Origin: Candidatus Obscuribacterales bacterium
Lineage (GTDB): Bacteria; Cyanobacteriota; Vampirovibrionia; Obscuribacterales; Obscuribacteraceae
Reading direction: 5' to 3'
DNA: 64,000 nt
Assembly (NCBI GenBank): GCA_965228855.1
Contig: CBDDIJ010000002.1
Span: forward strand, 2,080,001-2,144,000
This document shows, in pieces, positions 56,634 to 64,000 of the stretch. Both the position numbers and the translations under genes were made by a program. The notes beneath the pieces are model-generated. The model was not told the DNA's origin, ran no database searches, and was given only the letters and a program-made list of their open reading frames with translations. Every line of letters starts with the position of its first letter. The stretch's first letter is position 1.

Positions 56634-58604
56634 CTAGTTCGCCGCGGACGGATTGAAATAGCGCTTCAACCCACCCACCAGTGATTGCGCAATTTTGTCT
56701 TGAACTTCCGGTTTTATCAACTGACCGTATTCATCCGGGTGAATCATGAAACCAATTTCGACCAGTACTGATAGCTGATTTGATGGGCGCGTGAGCGCTA
56801 GATTCTGATAGCGTGAACCGATGTCAGGAAAACCGATATCGTGAACAAGCGCGTCTTTTAAAACTCTCGAAAGTTCCTGCGCTTGCGGGTGGTAGAAGTA
56901 AGCGGACGAGCCATGTTCTTTCCAGGGATCCCGTCCTTCAGGAAGGGAGTTATTGTGCACGGAAAGGAGAACATCCGCATTGTTGTTCCTTGCAATGTTG
57001 CAACGGTCGTAAAGATCGAGATCGACGTCGGCGGTTCTCGTCATGATCACGCGCGCCCCTTCTGCTTCCAAAACCTTTTTCAGTTTTAGACTTATGGCGA
57101 GGTTGAGCTGCGCCTCAGTCACTCCGGAGCAACCAATGGAACCGGGAGCGGGGCTTCCGTGACCGGGGTCGACGCAAATTGTCAATCCTGATAAAGCTCC
57201 GTTTCCTTTGCCTACATTCGGTGGATTCTTGAGATGAATAACAAGATTCGTGCCCTGATACGAGCCTGCAAAGCCCCACTGCTTGTTGCCCCGCACATTG
57301 ATTGTCACCTCGTAAACATCGTCGGCGGCTTGTCTCCAGCTCACACCGTCGACCATTCCTGGCTCGTTTGCGTTGCGTGAAACGGATCCGGACTGCGGCG
57401 TTTCATCACCATCTTCGAATGCCGGTTTGTATTGCTGCGATGCATAGTCGGTATCGGATGTGGCGCCATAGACTTTGACAACGAGACGATTTGGATTCAA
57501 CTTTTGTTCGATGTGAAAAGGGAGGCGTTGGTTGAGAGGGATTACCACTGCATCTCCGTATGTGCTACGCGAAATGTTCAGGGTGCTAACAAAACTTTTG
57601 GGAGGCGGACCGGAGGTTCCCTGAGCGTTTTTTTCAAATGCGACGTCCGTTTGTTTAAGATAAACATGCTGATTAGGTCCGTATAAACAGCGAATGTTAT
57701 CTCCTTGCCAGCCGTCGACAAGCAGGCGGACACCTTTGGGAAGCGGCGTCAGTCTTGCTTTATCGGGATTTACTCGAACGATGACGTCCTCTTTCGTCGT
57801 CTGGACGATATGAGGTTGGGTGAGAACTGTCACCGCCCCTGGTGCCACCGCGGAAATCGATTTACCATCTTTCTTCAGAGTGAAACGAACTTTTGATGAA
57901 TTAAACTGATCGCCTGGCTGTATCTTATAGAATCCAACATAGAGGTCGTCGGCTCCCGCCGGCAGTGACTGAAATACTTTGCCGTAGGCTATCGCGAGTC
58001 CATCGTTGACATTCGGCGTGGCGGTCGGCGCACTCTGTTTCGAACTTCCTGATTTGGGTTTCGTTCCGGCTTTCTTTTGTCGCGCCTGTCTAACTTCGGG
58101 AGCGGAGCTGAGGGTGATGTCCTTATTGTCGATTTTTACAGACATCGAGGCCCCTGGCGTCCCGCGAACTTTCAAGATCAGCAGATCTCCCACCGATACG
58201 CCGGTGTCGGTTTTCGGTTCGATAGAATCTTCCGCTATTGCCATTGTGGATGGGCTTAGTGTCGCCGGCGGTATCGGACGAGTTATATGAATTACCTTTT
58301 CTGGTAACGAGTTATCTACGGCTGAAACCGAAATTGTATTCGAGCCGGGTTTAAGTGGAACTACGTGAGCATAAAAGCCTTGAGCGTTCTTGCGCACAGG
58401 TGCCCCGTTTATCAGTATCGGTTTATCCGGAGCGGCAGCACCGACAACGAAGGTTGACTTACCAGGAACCTTGCCACCATCCTTGGGGTGTGCGATAAAG
58501 ATCGAATTCTTCTCCGGCGATTCAATTAGCTGAGCTGAACATGGAGTTGTGCAAATTGTCTGAGCAACCAGGGTCGCGGCAATACAAGCGGTTTTGAGCC
58601 TCAT
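56634..58604 (-). CDS. N-acetylmuramoyl-L-alanine amidase (Amidase_3)
   Basis: Signal peptide, then VDPGHG, TEAQLN, LSVHNN and LVEIGF (zinc and catalytic residues). Confidence 0.93.
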   Translation of the reverse strand: MRLKTACIAATLVAQTICTTPCSAQLIESPEKNSIFIAHPKDGGKVPGKSTFVVGAAAPDKPILINGAPVRKNAQGFYAHVVPLKPGSNTISVSAVDNSLPEKVIHITRPIPPATLSPSTMAIAEDSIEPKTDTGVSVGDLLILKVRGTPGASMSVKIDNKDITLSSAPEVRQARQKKAGTKPKSGSSKQSAPTATPNVNDGLAIAYGKVFQSLPAGADDLYVGFYKIQPGDQFNSSKVRFTLKKDGKSISAVAPGAVTVLTQPHIVQTTKEDVIVRVNPDKARLTPLPKGVRLLVDGWQGDNIRCLYGPNQHVYLKQTDVAFEKNAQGTSGPPPKSFVSTLNISRSTYGDAVVIPLNQRLPFHIEQKLNPNRLVVKVYGATSDTDYASQQYKPAFEDGDETPQSGSVSRNANEPGMVDGVSWRQAADDVYEVTINVRGNKQWGFAGSYQGTNLVIHLKNPPNVGKGNGALSGLTICVDPGHGSPAPGSIGCSGVTEAQLNLAISLKLKKVLEAEGARVIMTRTADVDLDLYDRCNIARNNNADVLLSVHNNSLPEGRDPWKEHGSSAYFYHPQAQELSRVLKDALVHDIGFPDIGSRYQNLALTRPSNQLSVLVEIGFMIHPDEYGQLIKPEVQDKIAQSLVGGLKRYFNPSAAN

Positions 58605-59440
58605 TCCGTCTCCTTCGGTGAGAGGGCTGTGTCATTGAGCGTTGGGTCGATTCTTGAAAAATAGGTTTTAGTTATCATCAGATTCGTGAGATCCGGAACG
58701 TTCTTGCCGCTCATTCTCATTACAGCGAAGGTATGAGGGTCATACTTGGACCGGTTGAGTATCCGCTCGTATCGCTTGAGTAGCGGAGATAGCAAGTACT
58801 CCAATCTTTCTTCGTCGTAGTAAACGTTGTGTTCGTTATTTACAAATTTGTATGCAGCTAACTTCGCGTCCGCCTCAAGTGTTTCCGGCGTTATCGCGTG
58901 CGCCGTCAACGGCGGATAGCCGACTGAACCTCGGGAGATCAGGAACACCGTACTGACTGGCAAGCGTTTGTCATCCATCTGATTTATTGCCTGGTCATAA
59001 ACGCGTGAAACCGAAAGGGTTTCGCCGCCGATGATGTATGGTGTTTGGCTCCAGAACTGGGAAATCTGATCCGTTGATGTTATTGGATAGTGGTCGCAAA
59101 TCAGTTTTAGAGTGAGAAGATTTTGGGCGTTGATCCAGAAGGATGCGCGTTCCTTCTCGCTGTTCAGTTTGTCAGGTGCGATCGCCTCAATCGCTTCGAC
59201 AGCCTTCTTGAGGTCTGGGTCGTCTTTCAATTTCGCGTAGTCGACCCGTCCGTTCTTCACGTATTTTTTCAGTAACCCGTCATATGTTGAAAAACGATAG
59301 GAGGCAGGATGCTCCACATGCAGCATTAATGCGCGAGCATTTTCAGGAAGATGACGCACTGCGTACATGACCAGCAATAGCGCTCCGAGCGCGATGGCTG
59401 CAATCGGTAGAATTTTTGCGCCTTCGAGGTTGGGAAGCAT
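58601..59440 (-). CDS. DUF547 domain protein
   Basis: LLKKYVKNGRVDYAKL, ASFWINAQN and SVGYPPL. 4-nt overlap with the amidase gene. Confidence 0.8.
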   Translation of the reverse strand: MLPNLEGAKILPIAAIALGALLLVMYAVRHLPENARALMLHVEHPASYRFSTYDGLLKKYVKNGRVDYAKLKDDPDLKKAVEAIEAIAPDKLNSEKERASFWINAQNLLTLKLICDHYPITSTDQISQFWSQTPYIIGGETLSVSRVYDQAINQMDDKRLPVSTVFLISRGSVGYPPLTAHAITPETLEADAKLAAYKFVNNEHNVYYDEERLEYLLSPLLKRYERILNRSKYDPHTFAVMRMSGKNVPDLTNLMITKTYFSRIDPTLNDTALSPKETE

Positions 59441-59819
59441 TCTGTATTGCTCGTGTTGCGAGTGGTGCTGCTAGCTGTTTGGTGTCAAAAAAGTCTATTA
59501 AAGGTTCATTTAATTGTATACCGTTGGGACACTTGCGGCTCGTCGATTGTTTCAGGTGTTCAGGCAAGATTAAGTGCTTCCGCTCTGCGAGGCACCTTCG
59601 TTATAGAGGTAGAGTCCTTGTCCCACCGCTTTCATCGAGCGGGCATTGTGGGCGGTTCTTAGTGCTAAGAATATAGAGAAATCGAGATGAGGACTGGGCT
59701 TGATGACCGCTATGGTTTCGCGCCGGCAGAGCTATTCTGAGACATACCGGGCGGCGAGCTCGAAATAAGATTTGCTTGAAACACAGAGTGAATCGAGTCC
59801 CGCAGGAGGAGATTCTAAA

Positions 59820-60137
59820 ATGAGATATATGCCACTACTACTTTCAGCAGCCATGCTCCTGGGTCTCAGTGGTCCCGCGTTAGCAGATTGGGATTACGAC
59901 GACTATAAGGATATGGTTCACGACCGCAACGAAGCCTATCGGAAAGCGGTTAAGCGACAAAACAAGTATTACCGCGAAGCGTATAAACACGGCTATGGGG
60001 TAAGAACTTTGCCAGGTTATTACGGTAGCTATTACAGCCAGCCGTATTACGGAAATCACTACTACAACAACGGCTACGGCTATGGTTACAACCGTGGCGG
60101 TGGGCTTGTAGGCGGAATTCTTAGGGCGATTTTCTAG
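59820..60137 (+). CDS. Small exported Tyr/Gly-rich protein
   Basis: AGGAGGAG RBS, signal peptide ending PALA|D and a Tyr/Gly-rich C-half. Confidence 0.75.
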   Translation: MRYMPLLLSAAMLLGLSGPALADWDYDDYKDMVHDRNEAYRKAVKRQNKYYREAYKHGYGVRTLPGYYGSYYSQPYYGNHYYNNGYGYGYNRGGGLVGGILRAIF

Positions 60138-60202
60138 AAATCGCTCGACGGTGAAATTGCCGGCGCAGACCGTGTATACAAGCGGTTGTGCCGGTCTTAG
60201 TA

Positions 60203-60394
60203 ATGGAGTTGGAAGAGAGGTTAATTATGGTAATTGCGCTTGGACCGAGTATCTTATTGAGTGTTTTTCTCAGCGTGGTGCTCACACTTGTTTTAAATGC
60301 CATCCTTGGGGTTATGCTGATGCCCTCTTTGGCGGTTGGCGTGCTTGTATTCCTCGGTGCATTGGCGCTGATCAGGATGTTTACGCCTCAGTGA
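60203..60394 (+). CDS. Small two-TM membrane protein
   Basis: 63-aa hydrophobic ORF. Confidence 0.5.
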   Translation: MELEERLIMVIALGPSILLSVFLSVVLTLVLNAILGVMLMPSLAVGVLVFLGALALIRMFTPQ

Positions 60395-60501
60395 GCCCGC
60401 TGTTCGAGGCTGGCTCGGTGAGCACAGCACCACAGGCAGTGGCAGCAGTCCAATCTATTCGATTCGATAAGGTTGATTTCGAAGTAGAGTTTTCAAAAGT
60501 C

Positions 60502-60533
60502 AAAAGGGTTTCGGTCAAACCGAAACCCTTTTT
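60502..60533. terminator. Terminator downstream of tRNA-Ala (bidirectional)
   Basis: Perfect stem AAAAGGGTTTCGGT / ACCGAAACCCTTTT. Confidence 0.85.
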
Positions 60534-60538
60534 GGTAG

Positions 60539-60611
60539 TGGAGCGTAAGGGAGTCGAACCCTTGACCTCTTCAATGCCATTGAAGCGCGCTACCAACTGC
60601 GCTAACGCCCC
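60539..60611 (-). tRNA. tRNA-Ala (anticodon GGC)
   Basis: GGGGCGT acceptor stem with the G3:U70 identity pair, D-arm, CTTCA-ATGGCAT-TGAAG anticodon arm and GGTTCGACTCC T-arm. CCA is not directly encoded. Confidence 0.97.
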
Positions 60612-60729
60612 GTGTGATAGTACTTATACCAGGAATATATCTTCCGGGCAAACCTTTGCCGACAAATCTTAAGCAAACGCAGTAAGGAGCTTGCGATGAC
60701 CCTGTGAGGACCATGGAAACGTCGCCCAC

Positions 60730-62043
60730 TCAATTATTGCGAGATGAGCCCTCGATTCGTACCGGAATTCCGCCGAGTTCGCTTGCGGTAACCGGCAATC
60801 CGGTGTGTTCATCGGCTCCAACGCGGAGCTGCTCTTCCTCGACGTCGGCCTGTGATGGGAAGCCGGCGCTGGAGCAACCGCCATTGCCTCCGTTCCCGTT
60901 CGATGCGTTGCCGTTCATGTCGCTTGAAATGTTTCCTTTCAAACCGTTCGCGCCACTATTCGCGACCGCCGCCTTCAAAGGCTGATTCATCGGATTGTTA
61001 GAGATCGCGGTAAGAACGGCTTCACGATTTCCTGCCAGCTTTCTGGTGAGCTGCATGCCGTGCTTAATTTCTAGGTATTGTTTGAGTTTTTCCTTGCCCC
61101 AGCGAGCTTTGCTCTTTAAGTTGAGGAAGAAGTATTTGTCCGGCGGCCAGAGGAATGATGTTTCGAAATAGCACCAGATCGTACAGCCCTGGCAAAAACT
61201 CCAGGCACCTTCCTGCTTGCGCCGCTCCTGCACATGATGCGAATGCCAGATTTCATCCAGATTTGAGCGACCGTTCTCATGTTTTATCTTCAGGCGCTCA
61301 TCATGCATGTGATAACACGGGAGCAATAAATGATCGTCTGGTGATACCACAATCGTTGATGAAATCGCGCGGCATCTCGGCGCTTTTATCTGATTACCTC
61401 CGTCGAGGAAAAACTGCGTGAATGCCCAGTTTACGGTGACATTATCGTACTTGGAGAGGCGATGCAACTCTGCAATTCCGTCCTCTTTCAAGGTGTCGTT
61501 TCCAATGTAATCGAAGACCGGACCGAGCAGAACGACGACGCCAAGCTCCTGGGCAAGCCCGATCACGTCTTCCATATGCCAGATCGATTCTGGCGTTGCA
61601 GTGGCGATGATCGATGGTTGCTCTCCGAGAGATTTTGCGATCTTGATGCTCTCGATCACTCGCGAGAAACCGTTGATGCCGCGTTCTTTCTTGTATGATT
61701 CAGGATCGATTGTCGATAATGAGAATTTTAAATCGTCTATCAGCCCGGCGAGTTCTTTTGCTTTGTTCGGATAGAGCGTGCCGGTGTTTGCGATGCTAGT
61801 AAAAAAGCCCATCTCCTTGGCAGCTCGCAAAACTTCCGGCAGTTTTTTATAAATCAGTGGTTCGCCGCCGGTGAAGTCAACAACTTTGACTCCAAGTCGT
61901 TTTAGCGCGGCCAGGTTTTCAATAATTACTTCTGCTGAAGTCTCCTTGATCGGAATGTTTTCCGGCTTCACTGGAATGTCGCAGTAGGTGCAGCGGGAGT
62001 TGCACTTGTAAGTGAGATAGTAATTGGCAAGTAATGGTGGCAT
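60730..62043 (-). CDS. Radical SAM protein with SPASM/twitch-like domain and low-complexity C-terminal tail
   Basis: CNSRCTYC and FTGGEP motifs. C-terminal cysteines (RCRA, LPCY, CQGCTIWC). Confidence 0.9.
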   Translation of the reverse strand: MPPLLANYYLTYKCNSRCTYCDIPVKPENIPIKETSAEVIIENLAALKRLGVKVVDFTGGEPLIYKKLPEVLRAAKEMGFFTSIANTGTLYPNKAKELAGLIDDLKFSLSTIDPESYKKERGINGFSRVIESIKIAKSLGEQPSIIATATPESIWHMEDVIGLAQELGVVVLLGPVFDYIGNDTLKEDGIAELHRLSKYDNVTVNWAFTQFFLDGGNQIKAPRCRAISSTIVVSPDDHLLLPCYHMHDERLKIKHENGRSNLDEIWHSHHVQERRKQEGAWSFCQGCTIWCYFETSFLWPPDKYFFLNLKSKARWGKEKLKQYLEIKHGMQLTRKLAGNREAVLTAISNNPMNQPLKAAVANSGANGLKGNISSDMNGNASNGNGGNGGCSSAGFPSQADVEEEQLRVGADEHTGLPVTASELGGIPVRIEGSSRNN

Positions 62044-62187
62044 CTTTCCTCAAATTGCCGGTCACTGAGAATGTGTTCATGTCAGGAACATTAGCTCTGG
62101 ACCGCCGACAAACAAAATATACTAGCGCGAACGGAACATAACCCCATTAATTTGGATATGTATCGATTGCATTTGTCTGGAGCCTTC

Positions 62188-62742
62188 ATGAGACATCCAC
62201 GGATTCTGAATAGAGAAGATGCAGTTCTGCTCATCATCGACGTGCAGGAGGGTTTCCGGAAGGTATTGCCAGATTTCACGGAACTTACAAAAAGCATCTC
62301 CGTTTTAATAGATGCGATGAAAGTTCTTGACGTCCCAATTGTAGTGACCGAGCAGTATCCGAAGGGGCTCGGGCATACAGTTGAAGAACTGACTCAACAC
62401 TTAGCACATTACGAGTACTTCGAGAAAAATTGTTTCAGCTCTGCCGCCGTTCCGGATTTTATAACGTGGCTGAACAAGAGCGAAAAGCGTCAAGTGCTCC
62501 TGTGCGGCATTGAAACGCATGTGTGTGTAAATCAAACTGCACATGATCTTTTACATCAAGGATACGATGTCCACTTGATTACCGATGCCGTGGCAAGCCG
62601 CATCCCGTCTAACAAAGCGGTCGGTATACAAAAGATAGTTGGTTCCGGCGGAGTGCCTACCTCGGTGGAAATGGCGCTATTCGAGATGCTTGTAGAGGCG
62701 GGCTCTGAGCGCTTCAAGGCGATTTCAAGATTGGTGAAGTGA
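62188..62742 (+). CDS. Isochorismatase-family cysteine hydrolase
   Basis: IIDVQE, TEQYPKGLG, EKNCFS and GIETHVCVNQT motifs. Confidence 0.93.
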   Translation: MRHPRILNREDAVLLIIDVQEGFRKVLPDFTELTKSISVLIDAMKVLDVPIVVTEQYPKGLGHTVEELTQHLAHYEYFEKNCFSSAAVPDFITWLNKSEKRQVLLCGIETHVCVNQTAHDLLHQGYDVHLITDAVASRIPSNKAVGIQKIVGSGGVPTSVEMALFEMLVEAGSERFKAISRLVK

Positions 62743-62848
62743 CATATTCGGTTGAGCGAATGTGAGATTTTTTTCTAAAGCAGATCGAGGCTGATTCTCG
62801 TAACTTTGTCAGTATGCGCAGATTGCGCAAGGTAACCCAGGAACAAAC

Positions 62849-64000
62849 ATGAAGTACACGACTGAGAAAAGGAATAAGTCAAGATTTCTCCTCCAGTCAC
62901 CGGCTCTAGCCGTGCTGGCTTTGATGGCTGCCAACTCCGCATTGGCTCAAACGAGTGGACCTGCGTCCAGCTCACCTCAAGCATTAACCTCGCCGACTCC
63001 GCAAACTAACGCGCCCCAGAGCAATCCGACCAGGACCAACTCTCCGCAGGGGACTGCGCCTCAAGCAGGCGGACTTCGGACAAATTCACCTCAAATAAAT
63101 CCGGTAGAAACGAACGCTCCGCAAGGCGGTTCCGATGATTCGTCCGCCGGAATGAGTCGCCCGTTGAATCCTCCGGGAGAGGCATTGCCGGCGGACCTGA
63201 CCGGACCGATCGAGCAGCCGGCCAGTGACTCGACAGCGGTGCCTCCCGAACTCGTAGCTCCGCGAGCTGAAGGTTTATCGCCCGAAACTCGTAGACGTGA
63301 CTTCGAGTTGATTGACACGCAAGCCGCCGAGTTTAGACAGCGATTCTTGCAAGCAGAGGCGATCGAACTTCGCATCCCGATGCCGGACCAGATGATGTCG
63401 CTTGGCGGCAAATTACCTCCCATTCGATTGGAAGCGCGATACACCAGACCGATCTCGTTAAACGATTGTGTCGATTATGCGCTCGACCACAATTTGCCAA
63501 TTCGAATTCAGTACAACGAGCAAGACTCGCGCAGATGGCTCTACTACGGCTCTATGGGGCGGTTCCTACCTGACATTTTTCTGAACTATCGTCAAGAATA
63601 TCTCAGAGGATCTCGCCTCGTAGGCGGTATCATTCCGGTCAACTTCAACACGCCTAACGTCACTACTCAGGCTGGTTTTAACTTCTACGGTTTTCGTGGT
63701 GGCGCGATCATGTTTGGTATGCTCGCTAACAAGCATTACTATCGCGCGGCCAAGCAACAGTTATTCAGTACCACCAACGATGAGCTTCTCAGTGTTACGC
63801 GCGGCTACTATGAAATGGTGCGCAACGAAGCTTTGCTTGAAATTCAGACGCGCGCAGTCGATGTGTCCCAGGCTCAAGTCAATCTGAACCAGCAGTTGGA
63901 ACGTGCCGGAACCGGAACACGCTTTCAGGTCTTGCAATCGGAAACGCAGCTTGCACGCGACCAGCAATCTCTTCTTACACAAGAAGTGAGTTTGCGAAGA
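62849..64000 (+). CDS. TolC-family outer membrane protein (partial, runs off window end)
   Basis: Manual translation from ATG 62849: signal peptide, Pro/Ser/Thr-rich linker, then ISLNDCVDYALDHNLPI, GRFLPD, VTRGYYEMV and AGTGTRFQVLQSETQLA. Absent from the ORF track because it is unterminated. Confidence 0.88.
   Translation, partial: MKYTTEKRNKSRFLLQSPALAVLALMAANSALAQTSGPASSSPQALTSPTPQTNAPQSNPTRTNSPQGTAPQAGGLRTNSPQINPVETNAPQGGSDDSSAGMSRPLNPPGEALPADLTGPIEQPASDSTAVPPELVAPRAEGLSPETRRRDFELIDTQAAEFRQRFLQAEAIELRIPMPDQMMSLGGKLPPIRLEARYTRPISLNDCVDYALDHNLPIRIQYNEQDSRRWLYYGSMGRFLPDIFLNYRQEYLRGSRLVGGIIPVNFNTPNVTTQAGFNFYGFRGGAIMFGMLANKHYYRAAKQQLFSTTNDELLSVTRGYYEMVRNEALLEIQTRAVDVSQAQVNLNQQLERAGTGTRFQVLQSETQLARDQQSLLTQEVSLRR

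Noticed and set aside
59400..60611. Genomic island integrated at tRNA-Ala
   Set aside because: No integrase and no duplicated tRNA 3' end was seen, and the terminator directly follows the tRNA. The CTA-CCA after the discriminator is just a non-encoded CCA end.
60151..60672. 173-aa ORF spanning the tRNA
   Set aside because: It overlaps tRNA-Ala and its terminator, so it is spurious.

Overview
A 64 kb, gene-dense, mostly core-chromosomal bacterial window. No integrase, transposase, phage gene, rRNA or CRISPR array was seen. Several proteins look cyanobacteria-like, no photosynthesis genes are present, and there are Ser/Thr kinases, LRR, TPR and low-complexity proteins; together these suggest a non-photosynthetic cyanobacterial relative (Vampirovibrionia/Melainabacteria, Obscuribacterales-like). 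This placement is inference. Housekeeping genes: ndk, pcrA, mraY, rlmN, secA, tsaB, rimI, bioY, glmU, coaX, glsA and tRNA-Ala(GGC). Envelope genes: a frameshifted GT-C transferase, a DegT aminotransferase, two GT9 transferases, an LCP protein, an amidase, a LolA-like protein, a partial TolC and a type IV pilin. Signalling genes: a TPR / histidine kinase / HD-GYP operon and two tandem membrane Ser/Thr kinases with HEAT repeats. Most notable: (1) an orphan histone-H1-like tail fused to a HicB-type ribbon-helix-helix, with a structured leader and its own terminator; (2) two unrelated signal-peptide-less proteins sharing an N-terminal F..VD.S.QD.S...LP..I motif and flanking a membrane LRR gene; (3) a probable 6S-like structured RNA upstream of glmU; (4) an exported caspase-like protease with a duplicated unknown domain; (5) a stand-alone DUF2156 transferase coupled to a hydrolase; (6) an animal-type ankyrin glutaminase; (7) large disordered or novel inserts in PcrA, SecA and other core enzymes; (8) a SigF-like promoter ahead of the pilin.
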